Shown here in pieces: positions 46,150 to 56,026 of a stretch of DNA of 59,607 bases. The notes below the pieces were generated by a model, which saw only the letters and a list, made by a program, of their open reading frames with translations, searched no databases and was not told the origin of the DNA. This DNA is from Dehalococcoidia bacterium. GTDB lineage: Bacteria; Chloroflexota; Dehalococcoidia; Dehalococcoidales; BS750m-G39. Numbering within the stretch: the stretch's first letter is position 1; each line of letters opens with the position of its first letter. The stretch is from assembly GCA_011176635.1 (NCBI GenBank), contig DUEC01000027.1, positions 1 through 59,607 of the forward strand. The letters are read 5' to 3'. The translations under genes were made by a program, and so were the position numbers.

Positions 46150-46172
46150 TAAAAATCCCGGCTCTGCCGGGG
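46150..46172 (-). terminator. Rho-independent terminator after the corrinoid-methyltransferase operon
   Basis: The minus strand reads CCCGGC-AGA-GCCGGG followed by ATTTTTA. Confidence 0.5.
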
Positions 46173-46274
46173 TCAGAGAAATAGAGAGACTCACCTGCCA
46201 TGGTGAGCCTGAACCTGAACATATACGGGCTAAAGTAAGCCCAGGGATTCTGGTACTGGATAGTTTTTATTCTA

Positions 46275-47609
46275 TCAATAGTTGCCATATTCTTTGGCAG
46301 CCTCCATCACAGCGTGCAGATTGTCCGGGTTCCCCTTATCCACGGCTGCTCCTCCGGTTAAGATATAACCGCCGCCTGGGGCACAGGTCTCGATAAGCTT
46401 ACGGCAGTGTTCTTTGACCTCCTGGGGGGTACCGGTGCAAAGCACCGTGACCGGAATATTGCCGGCAATACAGGCGGTATCGCCGAGGACTTTTTTGGCT
46501 TTAGCCATATCCATATGTTCGAACCACCATATCACCCCACTTCGGGGCATATCCTTGATAATCTCCAGCCGCGGTTCGTAGTTCCCCTCAGCGAATGGCA
46601 TCGGCACCAGACCCTCGCTAATCAAGCCCATCATAATCTTCTTGAAGGTAGGCCAGTAGAAAGTCTTAAACTGCTCGTTGGACATGAAACCGCCCGTCCC
46701 TTTATGGAGGGGCATTACAATTATCGGACATCCCGAAGAATTCGCGCCGGCTACGGCCTCATCAATCGCTATAGGCACCATCCTTTCCATCGCTTCCTGA
46801 AGCTTGTCCGGCCGCCGGAACATATCCGTCATTATCCCGGTCGTCCCCCTGAGCATATCGCCTATCATATCAAAGGGCGCCCCAGACATACCACCCCAGA
46901 AAGCGGGGAAACCCGCTTCCAGCGACTCCCGGTTGACATCATTGACAGCCTCCATCCATCTCATGGTTTCTTCTCCGGCATCCATCAGTGTCTTGAAAGC
47001 CGCCTGGATTTCCGGGTCGGCGAAGTAGGCTACATAGAAGACCGGTATGCCGACAAAGGCCGTCAGCTGAGGCAACTTCTCAAAAGCCTTGCAGGCACCC
47101 ATGGCGCGGGGCATGAAGGTCCTCAGCCAGAAATCAGAAGGGTCTTTAATGAGCTTATCGTATTCCTCTGCCTTTATATACTCGCCTTCGATGAACTGGT
47201 AAGATTCGATATCGTCAGCTAGGCCGTGCCCCGGCCATTTTTCCAACTTAAAATCAATGGCTTCAAGTACCCTCCCCGGAAGGATAAGACCGGGACCGAG
47301 AAGCGTGTCCGAGTCAAATTCCCGGATAAACTCCCGCCACGCCCGTCGGAGTTCGTCATAATCATACATAATCGTCTTGAGATTTACCCCGGCGAAATAA
47401 GCCGGGATATTCCCCGCCGGCAGTATGACCGGCACGCGGTCAGGTTCCTCCAGTTTGATGGCTTTAATGAATCTGGTTACCCTCTCCTTATACTTCTTTT
47501 CCGCCTCGGGGGAGGAGAATTTCACGTCTGGTGAGAGCCACTTCTTGAACCGCTCCTCGCGCCTCTCCTGCCAGGTCATATCCGCCCACTTCTTTTCTGT
47601 ATTCATCAT
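46275..47609 (-). CDS. Uroporphyrinogen-decarboxylase (URO-D) family protein, corrinoid methyltransferase-like
   Basis: 444 aa with an AGGAG SD. It is a paralogue of 47631..48983, sharing the N-terminus WADMTWQERREERF.KWLS. It lies adjacent to a corrinoid protein. Confidence 0.78.
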   Translation of the reverse strand: MMNTEKKWADMTWQERREERFKKWLSPDVKFSSPEAEKKYKERVTRFIKAIKLEEPDRVPVILPAGNIPAYFAGVNLKTIMYDYDELRRAWREFIREFDSDTLLGPGLILPGRVLEAIDFKLEKWPGHGLADDIESYQFIEGEYIKAEEYDKLIKDPSDFWLRTFMPRAMGACKAFEKLPQLTAFVGIPVFYVAYFADPEIQAAFKTLMDAGEETMRWMEAVNDVNRESLEAGFPAFWGGMSGAPFDMIGDMLRGTTGIMTDMFRRPDKLQEAMERMVPIAIDEAVAGANSSGCPIIVMPLHKGTGGFMSNEQFKTFYWPTFKKIMMGLISEGLVPMPFAEGNYEPRLEIIKDMPRSGVIWWFEHMDMAKAKKVLGDTACIAGNIPVTVLCTGTPQEVKEHCRKLIETCAPGGGYILTGGAAVDKGNPDNLHAVMEAAKEYGNY

Positions 47610-47630
47610 TTGCCTTACTCCTATTTAAGT

Positions 47631-48983
47631 CTATTTATAAACGCCGTACTGCTTGGCCGTATCGACGATAGCGTGCAGGTTATCCGGATTGCAATTATCG
47701 ATGCTGGCTCCCAGGGTCAGGATGTAACCGCCGTCCGGGGCGCAGGTATCGATGAGCCAGCGGCAGTATTCCTTGACCTTCTCCGGCGTGCCGGTGCGCA
47801 GCAGTGAGCCGGTAACATTGCCGCCGATACAGGCATAGCCACCGAGCACCTTCTTGGCTTTGGCCATATCCGTCTTTTCAAAGACCCATACCACCGAACC
47901 CCTGGGCAGGTCCTTGATATATTCCAGGCGCCGGTTGTAGGTGCCGTCAACGACCATATAGGGCACCAGGCCCTCGTCAATCAAGCCCAGCAACAGCTTG
48001 CGGAAAGAGGGCCAGTAAAACTTCTCGAACTGCTCGTCGGACATGAACACGTCGTCGCCCTTGTGCATGGGAATGAACACGGTCGGGCTCAGGGACATAT
48101 CGGCCTGCTCTTTGACCTCCTGCAGGCTTAAAGGTATGAGCCTCTCCATAGCCTCCAGCAGTTTATCCGGCTGGCGGTACATGTCCATGACGGCACCATA
48201 GGTGCCGCGCAGAATATCGGCGATGGTATCGAAGGGCGCCAGGGCTATGCCCCCACCCTCGGAGGGGTAGCCCGCCTCCAGGACGGCCTGGCTGACTTCG
48301 ATGACGACCTTCAGCCACTTGTCCTTTTCCTCGTTGGCTTTATTGATGGCGTCAAACATGGGGCGAAACTCAGGATCACTGGCAGCATTGAGCATCAGGA
48401 AAGGTATGCCTATAACTGAGGAAATGGAAGGGAGCTTGGCCATAGGAGCAAAAGCCCCCCAGGTGCGGGGCAAGATATAGCGGAGCATAAAATCGGCGGG
48501 GTTGTTGATGAGGGCGTCATACTCATCGGCCTTCATGTACTCTTTCTCGACGAACTGTATCATGGAGGCGCTATCGGGCAGACCATTACCCGGCCATTTG
48601 TAAAGCTTGTAGTCTAAGATATCGTATAGTTTCCCGGGGACGGTGAAAGCGGCCACGCCCACCGTGTCCGAATCGAAGTCAAGGGCAAATTTCACCCAGG
48701 CCCGGCGCATCGCCTCGTAGTCGTACATGATTGTCTTGAAGTCGAAGCCGGCGTAGTAGGCCGGGAAGGAACCGCCCGGAATCTGGCAGGGCACGCGGTC
48801 GGGCTTCTCCAGCTTGATGGCGTTAATGATTCTGGTAGCCCTGGCTTTGTAGCCCTCTCTGGCTTCGGGGCTAACGAAGTTGACGCCCGGCGCCGAGAGC
48901 CACTTCTCAAACCGCTCCTCGCGCCTCTCCTGCCAGGTCATATCCGCCCATGTCTTGGCTACTTTTACTTGACTCCTATCCAT
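47631..48983 (-). CDS. URO-D family protein, corrinoid methyltransferase-like (paralogue)
   Basis: 450 aa, colinear with 46275..47609. The start overlaps the end of the corrinoid-protein gene by 19 nt. Confidence 0.78.
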   Translation of the reverse strand: MDRSQVKVAKTWADMTWQERREERFEKWLSAPGVNFVSPEAREGYKARATRIINAIKLEKPDRVPCQIPGGSFPAYYAGFDFKTIMYDYEAMRRAWVKFALDFDSDTVGVAAFTVPGKLYDILDYKLYKWPGNGLPDSASMIQFVEKEYMKADEYDALINNPADFMLRYILPRTWGAFAPMAKLPSISSVIGIPFLMLNAASDPEFRPMFDAINKANEEKDKWLKVVIEVSQAVLEAGYPSEGGGIALAPFDTIADILRGTYGAVMDMYRQPDKLLEAMERLIPLSLQEVKEQADMSLSPTVFIPMHKGDDVFMSDEQFEKFYWPSFRKLLLGLIDEGLVPYMVVDGTYNRRLEYIKDLPRGSVVWVFEKTDMAKAKKVLGGYACIGGNVTGSLLRTGTPEKVKEYCRWLIDTCAPDGGYILTLGASIDNCNPDNLHAIVDTAKQYGVYK

Positions 48984-49597
48984 TTCTTGACCAGAGATAC
49001 CGCCTCCATAGCATCCTTGCCGTAGGCATCGGCCTTGGCAAATTTCTTAACTTCGTCGTCCATCTGACCGCCGCCAATCATGATTTTCATTTTATCCCTC
49101 AAACCAGCCGCCTCCAGGGCCTCCACCGTTTCCTTCATGGAGTCAAAGGCGAGGGTTAAAAATCCGCTCAAACCCAATACCGGCGCCGAGGTCTCTTTCA
49201 TTTTCTCGACGAACTTCTGCGGGGGGACATCAACGCCCAGGTTGTAGACCTCAAAACCGTGAACGTCCAGCATGAAGCCGACAATGTTCAAGCCGATATC
49301 ATGAATATCACCGGCTACCGTGCCGATAACCACCTTACCCAGACGCTTGCTTTCCGCCGGCCGGGTCAGATACGGTTTAACCAGCTCGGTTATCTGGGTG
49401 AGCAGTTCGCCGGAATAGACCAGCTCGGGAATAAAGTATTTGCCTTCGGCAAAGCGGTCGCCCACCACTTCCATAGCCTTGCGGCTATCATCCAGAATCG
49501 CCAATGCCTCCTCGCCAGCTTCAAGCCTCTGCTTGGTAAGCTTAATAACCTCTTCCTCTTGCAAATCAGCTAACAGGTCAACAAAATCTTTGGGCAT
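48965..49597 (-). CDS. Methyltransferase-cognate corrinoid (B12-binding) protein
   Basis: 210 aa with an N-terminal helical cap and a Rossmann B12-binding domain. The DxHxxG motif is present (GDIHDIGLNIVG). Confidence 0.86.
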   Translation of the reverse strand: MPKDFVDLLADLQEEEVIKLTKQRLEAGEEALAILDDSRKAMEVVGDRFAEGKYFIPELVYSGELLTQITELVKPYLTRPAESKRLGKVVIGTVAGDIHDIGLNIVGFMLDVHGFEVYNLGVDVPPQKFVEKMKETSAPVLGLSGFLTLAFDSMKETVEALEAAGLRDKMKIMIGGGQMDDEVKKFAKADAYGKDAMEAVSLVKKWIGVK

Positions 49598-49667
49598 AAA
49601 TCTATCCTTCTCTAAAGTTTATTGATGGCCGACCCAGCTCAGGGTAAGGAACAACCGACCACGGCTG

Positions 49668-49696
49668 AGTATACTAGTGCTCAGATAAAAAGTCAA
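49668..49696 (-). promoter_or_regulatory. Putative sigma70 promoter of the corrinoid protein/methyltransferase operon
   Basis: The minus strand reads TTGACT (49696-49691), 17 nt, TATACT (49673-49668). Confidence 0.45.
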
Positions 49697-49732
49697 CTGT
49701 TTTCGCCATATGGCTATAGGGAGCCGCCCTTT

Positions 49733-50524
49733 TCATTCCTCTACATCCAGCCCCCACATCTTAAACAGCTCCTTGTAGAAATCAGGACGGGGGAAATCGG
49801 GCCTCAGGTCCATGGTGAAATACTTATAACTCATCTTCATATCGTCAAAGCGCTTCAGCCCCGACATCATCTCGGCCATTTTATCCGCCGGCACGGAGAG
49901 GATAATCTCGTCCTCACCCGCCATCGCCCGCTCGTACTCGCCGGGGTCGGGCAGGGTAATGCGGTACTGGCCGTTGAGCATCACCGGAACCACCGAGTAA
50001 ACGCAGGAATCGATGGGGTCAAACTGGGAGTTCACCAGGTATCCCTCTTTGAACTTCACCGCCATAAGCAGACTCCTTAGCTGGGCCGTGTTGGAATAGA
50101 CGAGCACCAGGTCCGGCTCAAAGCTGGCGCTCTTTAAGGGCGCGGAGAGGATGCCGATATACTTGCCGTATTCCAGGCGGGGGAAAATCTTGGCTACCTT
50201 CTTAGCCGCCTCCATGTTTTCCACGATATAGATAAGGGGGGAGATAGTCTTCTCGTCAAAGGGTTTGACCAGCCCGTAGCCTATCAGGGACGCCCAGCAC
50301 CAGTTGTCCTCTTTGAGCATGGCTATTGTTTCCCCGCGGCGGCGCGTCAGGGCAAAGGCCTGGCACTGGGCGAGGTGGTAACCGCGGTCTCTTTTCGGCC
50401 TGATAGCTTCAGCGGGAATATCCTCTTCCTTCTCCAGCATTTTCACGGCTATGGGCGATGTCTTGAGCATAAGTATCCGCTCCAGCTCCTCCCCATAGCT
50501 ATTGAAGTCTTTCACTGTGGTCAC
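49733..50524 (-). CDS. DUF169-like protein
   Basis: 263 aa with a GTG start after AAGGAGG. The pattern ..LKTSPIAVKML......P....RP......L.QCQA.. resembles DUF169 family members. Confidence 0.62.
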   Translation of the reverse strand: MTTVKDFNSYGEELERILMLKTSPIAVKMLEKEEDIPAEAIRPKRDRGYHLAQCQAFALTRRRGETIAMLKEDNWCWASLIGYGLVKPFDEKTISPLIYIVENMEAAKKVAKIFPRLEYGKYIGILSAPLKSASFEPDLVLVYSNTAQLRSLLMAVKFKEGYLVNSQFDPIDSCVYSVVPVMLNGQYRITLPDPGEYERAMAGEDEIILSVPADKMAEMMSGLKRFDDMKMSYKYFTMDLRPDFPRPDFYKELFKMWGLDVEE

Positions 50525-50727
50525 GTCCTGCCTCCTTAAATAGTTTTATCGCTGTCAGCCCCCATTATGAGAGAAACGGCGCCATTTTGCAAAGTCCGCC
50601 TATTAGCTTGCATTGAAAACGTGGTATGATATAGAAGTTAAAAATGACCATCAAGCTACACCTTTAAGCCGGTGCTCCTGGCTAAAGATGCTAATATCTC
50701 AAATAAGCTATGAATGGAGGTAGCTTT

Positions 50728-52572
50728 ATGTATAAGGGCGGTTATACGGGAAGAATCTTAAGGGTAGACTTAACCAGTCAGTCTGCCAAAGAGGAAGCAA
50801 TCTCTGAAGAATTGGCCAAGAATTATCTTGGCGGTGCCGGTTTCGCCATAAAATACTTATACGATGAGCTAAAACCGGGGACTCCCCCCTTGGATAAAGC
50901 CAACAAGCTAATTTTCGCTGTCGGCCCGCTGACCGCTACCGGCGCTCCCTGTAGCAGCCGAATGGCCGTGGCGGCCAAGTCACCACTGACCAATGCCGTG
51001 GGCATGGCCCTGGCCGGAGGTCATTTCCCGGCCGAGATGAAAAGGGCCGGCTACGACATGATAATCATCGAAGGCAAGGCGGAGAAGCCCACCTACATAG
51101 CCATCAAGGAGGGGGAGGTACGCTTCCGGTCGGCCGAAAAGCTGAAGGGCATGATGACCACCGACACCCAGCTTTTTATTAAGGAAGAGCTGGGCGACCA
51201 TAACTACCGGATTGCCTGCATCGGCCCGGCCGGGGAGAGGCTTGTCCCCCTGGCCTGTATCGTCAACGAGCGCCGGGCGGCCGGTAGAAAGGGGCTGGGG
51301 GCGGTGATGGGCTCCAAGAACCTGAAGGCTATCGCCATACGCGGACATCACCGGCCGGAAATAGCCGACGCCGAGAAGTTCAAAAAGGCGCGGCAGGCTA
51401 TGAACAAGGCGATGAGAGACAGCGAGGTGCTCTACCCCCATTTCGCCAAGGACGGCACCCCCATGATAATCGACGACATGACCAAGATGGGAATCTACTC
51501 GGCCAAGAACTGGTCGGCTACCGGTGAGGTCAATCTGGTAAAAGAGCAGGGCCGCGACGCCCAGCATGCCATGATAGTTACCAGCGCGCACTGCGCCGAT
51601 TGCCCGGTGGGCTGTACCCAGGTCAAGCTGGTCAAAGAGGGCCCCTATGCCGGTTACCTTAGCGAAGGCCCTGAGTTCGAGACGACATATTCACTGGGAA
51701 GCACCGTAGGCGTAGGCTATCTGCCCGCTATCATTGCCGCCGACCGGCTCTGCGACGAATACGGCATAGATACCATGTCGGCCGGGGTTACCATCGGCTT
51801 TGCCATGGAGCTCTACGAGAGGGGCCTGCTGACCAAGCAGGATACCGGGGGATTAGAGCTCAAGTTCGGCAATCACCAGGCAATGATTGAGATGCTGCGG
51901 CAGATGGCTTATAGAGAAGGCCTAGGCGCCATTCTGTGCCAGGGCAGTAAGAAAGCGGCCGAGAAAATAGGCAAAGGCTCAGAAGAGTATGCCATGCAGA
52001 TAAAGGGACTGGAATTACCCGCTTACGACGTCAGGGGGGCCAAGGCACACGGTCTGAATTACGCCACCTCCTACACCGGGGCCGACCACAACCGGGGCTA
52101 CGCCTACCAGGAAATCTTCGGCATACCCCATCCGGAAGAGGTCGATAGATTTGTCATAGAAGGCAAGGGCAAACTGACCAAGTGGAACCAGGACGTCCGC
52201 TGCGTCACCTGTGATTGCGCCACCATGTGCGCCTTTATCCTCGATATGGCCGTGCCCGACATCGCCTGTCAAAACACGGCCGACCTGGTCAGCGCGGCTA
52301 CGGGTATGCACCTCGCCGCCGATGAAGTCCAGCAAATCGGTGAGAGGATAAATAATGTTGCCCGCCTTTTCAACGGCAGGGAAGGATTTAGCCGCAAGGA
52401 CGATACCTTCCCCAAACGCATCATGACCGAGGCGATTAAGGCGGGGGATTCGGCCGGCCAGCTTATCAGCCAGAAAGACCTCGATGCCATGCTCGACGAG
52501 TATTACCAGGCGCGCGGCTGGGATAAAAACGGCAAGCCGACTGCGGCCAAACTTAAAGAATTGGGCTTATGA
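50728..52572 (+). CDS. aor: Aldehyde:ferredoxin oxidoreductase (tungstopterin AOR family)
   Basis: The ORF is 50710..52572. I prefer the ATG at 50728, which is 8 nt after GGAGG. The N-terminus YTGRILRVDLT and motifs such as GLGAVMGSKNLKAI and the CxxCPxGC region are characteristic. Confidence 0.9.
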   Translation: MYKGGYTGRILRVDLTSQSAKEEAISEELAKNYLGGAGFAIKYLYDELKPGTPPLDKANKLIFAVGPLTATGAPCSSRMAVAAKSPLTNAVGMALAGGHFPAEMKRAGYDMIIIEGKAEKPTYIAIKEGEVRFRSAEKLKGMMTTDTQLFIKEELGDHNYRIACIGPAGERLVPLACIVNERRAAGRKGLGAVMGSKNLKAIAIRGHHRPEIADAEKFKKARQAMNKAMRDSEVLYPHFAKDGTPMIIDDMTKMGIYSAKNWSATGEVNLVKEQGRDAQHAMIVTSAHCADCPVGCTQVKLVKEGPYAGYLSEGPEFETTYSLGSTVGVGYLPAIIAADRLCDEYGIDTMSAGVTIGFAMELYERGLLTKQDTGGLELKFGNHQAMIEMLRQMAYREGLGAILCQGSKKAAEKIGKGSEEYAMQIKGLELPAYDVRGAKAHGLNYATSYTGADHNRGYAYQEIFGIPHPEEVDRFVIEGKGKLTKWNQDVRCVTCDCATMCAFILDMAVPDIACQNTADLVSAATGMHLAADEVQQIGERINNVARLFNGREGFSRKDDTFPKRIMTEAIKAGDSAGQLISQKDLDAMLDEYYQARGWDKNGKPTAAKLKELGL

Positions 52573-52596
52573 AGAATAAAGAAAAGGAGGTCAAAA

Positions 52597-52905
52597 ATGG
52601 CCAAGGAAATCATCCTCTACAATCTAAAGCCGGAGGTAACCGACGAGGAATACAAGGACTATGTCGTCAACGAGAAAGGTCCCCTGCTGGATAGCCTGCC
52701 CTCAGCCAAGAAATTCGAGATGGTCAAGATAACCGGCGCCGCCACGGGAGAGATCCCCTATAAATATGTAGGCATCCTGCACCTTTCCAGCCTGGACGAC
52801 TTCTACCAGAAGGACGCCAAGTCGCCCAAGTTCCAGGAGTTCCTGGCTAAGTGGCAGACCAAGGTGTCCGACTTCCATATCCTCTTTGGCGAAGAGATAT
52901 ACTAG
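52597..52905 (+). CDS. Small conserved-looking protein (102 aa), possibly with a dimeric alpha/beta-barrel (EthD-like) fold
   Basis: Strong AAGGAGG SD and tight spacing between aor and the thiolase-like gene. The fold assignment is a guess. Confidence 0.55.
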   Translation: MAKEIILYNLKPEVTDEEYKDYVVNEKGPLLDSLPSAKKFEMVKITGAATGEIPYKYVGILHLSSLDDFYQKDAKSPKFQEFLAKWQTKVSDFHILFGEEIY

Positions 52906-52932
52906 CCCGGAGTTAAAAACAGGAGGCATTTT

Positions 52933-54126
52933 ATGGCGAGGAATACGCATGCGGTAATCGTCGGCGGGGGCACGAGCAAATTCGGCGTAAGAGAAGCAAC
53001 TTTATTCGATATGGTCCAGGAGGCGGCCAAAGCCTGCTCCGACGACATTCCGGCACTGAAGCCCAGAGACATTGACGGCCTCCTCTTTTGTTCCACAAAA
53101 GTGGGCAGGCATTCCAACGCCCTTAACACGGCACCGCTTATCGCTCACCGGTTGGGGCTAAAACCGACCTCGATTTGCACCCGGCTGGATACCCTCTGCG
53201 CCGGCTCCAACACGGGGATTATCCTGGCCAAGGGACTGGTCGAAAGCGGCATCGCCGAGGTAGTCCTGGTGACCGGCGCCGAGAAGAGCTACCTGCCCCA
53301 GAGATGGGAAACAAACTATACGGAACTGGCGGTCAACGACCATGACTGGGACTCGGCCATGGGCCTGGGCGTACCCCCGCCCTTCTTTGCCATGATTGCC
53401 AAAATGCACATGAAGCGCTACGGGACGACCAAGGAGCAGATGGCCCATGTCTCGGTAGCCAACTATAACTACGGCTCGACCAATCCCAAAGCGCACTTTT
53501 ACCCCAAGACGCTCACCATGGAAGAGGCGCTGGAGGCCCGGCTAATCGCCGACCCATTCGGTCTTTTCGACTGCTGTCCCCTAACCGATGGCGCCTCGGC
53601 GGTTATCATTGCCTCGGAGGAGAGGGCCAGGGAGATGTCTGAGCGGCCGCTGGTCTACATCCGCGGCACGGGGCAGCACGCCACCCACAGCATGTCGGCC
53701 GGCTGGCCCGGTGAAACCCTGGCCGAGTGGCCTCATCTGAAGAAAGCGGCTGAGGTAGCCTACAAAAACGCTAGAGTTACCCCCAAGGATATAGACGTAG
53801 CTCAGGTCCATGACTGCTTCACCATATCCGAGATTATAGAGATGGAGGAGCTCGGTTTCTGTGAGAAGGGAGAGGGCGGTGCTTACGTAGCCTCAGGTGC
53901 CCTCAATCTTGGTGGCAAACGTCCCATAAATACCGATGGGGGCCTTATCAGCTGCGGACACCCCTTCGGTGCCTCCGGCGCCCGCCAGTCCCTCGAGCTT
54001 TGCAAGCAACTTCAGGGGAGGGCGATAAACCAGGCGAAAAATCCCAAGTTTGCCCTGGCCCATAACTTGAGCGGTGCCTGTGCCCAGCACACGGTGGTAA
54101 TCTACGGGACGGAACCGGTTGAATAA
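52933..54126 (+). CDS. Thiolase-like (SCP-x / non-specific lipid-transfer type) protein
   Basis: 397 aa with a thiolase-fold pattern (..LDTLCAGSNTGI.. active-site Cys context, ..HDCFTISEI.., ..GHPFGASGARQ..). Confidence 0.85.
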   Translation: MARNTHAVIVGGGTSKFGVREATLFDMVQEAAKACSDDIPALKPRDIDGLLFCSTKVGRHSNALNTAPLIAHRLGLKPTSICTRLDTLCAGSNTGIILAKGLVESGIAEVVLVTGAEKSYLPQRWETNYTELAVNDHDWDSAMGLGVPPPFFAMIAKMHMKRYGTTKEQMAHVSVANYNYGSTNPKAHFYPKTLTMEEALEARLIADPFGLFDCCPLTDGASAVIIASEERAREMSERPLVYIRGTGQHATHSMSAGWPGETLAEWPHLKKAAEVAYKNARVTPKDIDVAQVHDCFTISEIIEMEELGFCEKGEGGAYVASGALNLGGKRPINTDGGLISCGHPFGASGARQSLELCKQLQGRAINQAKNPKFALAHNLSGACAQHTVVIYGTEPVE

Positions 54127-54153
54127 AACATCATTAGGATAAGGAGAAAGAAG

Positions 54154-54666
54154 ATGGCGGAATTACAAGAGGCAACAATAGTAGGGACTCCGGCTCTGGA
54201 CGGAAGATATATTACCGAAATGGATATGTGGCCATTGGAATGCCCGGAATTTAATCGGCTCTATCAGTTTTACGATAACCTCAGAGAGGGCAGGTTTACC
54301 ACCACCAAGTGCCAGAAGTGCGGGCATATCGCCTTTCCGCCGGGCGTTATCTGCCCTAAGTGCTGGTCGGAAGAGCTGGAGTGGGTAGACCTGCCCCAGA
54401 GAGCTAAGGTGGTTACCTTCACCGAGACACAGGCCGGCGCCCCCATCGGTTTTCCCCGCCCGCTAATCATGGCCTGGCTCGGCTTTGATAAGGATAGCCC
54501 GATAAAGCACCTGCTGGTTCGCATCGTAAACTGCACCGAAGGCGAGTTAAAAGAGGGCGATGAGGTCAGGCTGGTCGTCTTTGAAGTCCCGTCACACCCG
54601 ATAGAGGTCAAGAAAGAAACAAAGATATGCGACAGGGTATATTATGCCTTTGAGCCGGTGAAATAG
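54154..54666 (+). CDS. DUF35 OB-fold/Zn-ribbon protein (thiolase partner)
   Basis: 170 aa. Zn-ribbon CQKCGHIAFPPGVICPKC followed by an OB-fold. It lies immediately downstream of the thiolase-like gene, the canonical pairing. Confidence 0.8.
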   Translation: MAELQEATIVGTPALDGRYITEMDMWPLECPEFNRLYQFYDNLREGRFTTTKCQKCGHIAFPPGVICPKCWSEELEWVDLPQRAKVVTFTETQAGAPIGFPRPLIMAWLGFDKDSPIKHLLVRIVNCTEGELKEGDEVRLVVFEVPSHPIEVKKETKICDRVYYAFEPVK

Positions 54667-54690
54667 GCGGCTTTCATACAGGAGGCGTTA

Positions 54691-56025
54691 ATGAAAAAGG
54701 TGGAGCGATACTGGAACCCGGTCCTGGAGACACTGCCGCGTGAAAAACTTCAGCAGTTACAGCTAAAGAAGTTTAAGAACATCCTCAAGTGGGCTTATGA
54801 AAACTCGCCGTTCTACCAGCGCCTTTATAAGGAGGCCGGCCTCGAGCCCGGCGATATTAAAACGCTTGACGATATAGGCAAAGTCCCCAAGACAGAAAAG
54901 TCAATGCTCCGGGAGGCACAGGGCCGAGAGCCCTACCCCTACGGTAGTATACTTTCTGTGCCTTTAGAACAGGTAACCGAATACCGCCAGACCAGCGGCA
55001 CCACCGGACAGCCCGTCTATCACCCGGAGACCTGGCAGGACTGGGAGTGGTCGGCCGAGTCATGGGCTTACGCCCTGTATGCTCACGGCTATCGCGACTA
55101 CGATAGGGTGTTCTTGCCCTTCGGCTACAGCATTAACATAGCTTTCTGGGCGGGTCACTACGCCGCCGAGAAGATAGGCTGTGAGGTCGTTCCCGGCGGG
55201 GTGCTCAATACAGAGGCCAGGTTGCTCAAGATGCAGGAACTAAGAACCACCGCCCTCATGGCCACCCCCACCTATATTTTAGGCATGGCCGACACTGCCA
55301 GGAAAAAACTGGGGATAGACCCGGCCAGGGACTTATATATAAGGAAGATAACAGCCGCCGGCGAACCGGGGGCCTGTATCCCGGCAACCAAAAAGCGCAT
55401 GGAGGAGATGTGGGGGGCTAAGGTCTATGACCAGGTCGGCGCCACCGAGATAGGGCACTGGGGCTTTGAGTGCCAGGCCCAGGCCGGACTGCATGTCCTT
55501 GAAGCCTTCCACCTGGTCGAGATAGAGGATATCGAGAGCGGCCAGGCTATCACCGAGCCGGGCCGGAGGGGCAAGCTGGTCATCACTACCTTTGACCGCT
55601 TCGCCCACCCCTGCATCAGGTTCGATTCCAAGGATATAAGCGAGTGGAGCCCTGACCAGTGCCAGTGCGAGCGGACATTCCGGCTGCTTAAAGGCGGCGT
55701 TGTCGGCCGCGCCGATGACATCACCAAGGTGAAGGGGGTGCTGTTGGCGCCAAGCTCTATTGAGGAGGTGGTCAGAGGCATCCCGGAGCTGGGTGACGAA
55801 TACGAGGTAATAGTGACCAAGAAGGGCGATATTGACGTTATAACGCTGAAAGTAGAGCCAGTCCCGGGGCAGGAGAACAACGCTGAAGCCATCAAGAGTA
55901 AGCTGACCGACCAGCTCAGGGTAAAGACCGGGCTGGGCTACAACCTGGAGTTCTACCAGTATGGCAGCCTGCCCCGCTATGACATCAAGGCGAAGAGGTT
56001 CAAGGACTTAAGAACTAAGGAGTAG
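54691..56025 (+). CDS. Phenylacetate-CoA ligase (PaaK) family adenylate-forming enzyme
   Basis: 444 aa. Motifs QTSGTTGQP (AMP-binding P-loop), ..YDQVGATE.., and GR.DD..KVKG near the C-terminus, as in PaaK/F390-synthetase-like proteins. Confidence 0.82.
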   Translation: MKKVERYWNPVLETLPREKLQQLQLKKFKNILKWAYENSPFYQRLYKEAGLEPGDIKTLDDIGKVPKTEKSMLREAQGREPYPYGSILSVPLEQVTEYRQTSGTTGQPVYHPETWQDWEWSAESWAYALYAHGYRDYDRVFLPFGYSINIAFWAGHYAAEKIGCEVVPGGVLNTEARLLKMQELRTTALMATPTYILGMADTARKKLGIDPARDLYIRKITAAGEPGACIPATKKRMEEMWGAKVYDQVGATEIGHWGFECQAQAGLHVLEAFHLVEIEDIESGQAITEPGRRGKLVITTFDRFAHPCIRFDSKDISEWSPDQCQCERTFRLLKGGVVGRADDITKVKGVLLAPSSIEEVVRGIPELGDEYEVIVTKKGDIDVITLKVEPVPGQENNAEAIKSKLTDQLRVKTGLGYNLEFYQYGSLPRYDIKAKRFKDLRTKE

Positions 56026-56026
56026 C

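Noticed and set aside
50980-51591. 203-aa minus-strand ORF
   Set aside because: It is antisense to the aldehyde:ferredoxin oxidoreductase gene and is a shadow ORF.
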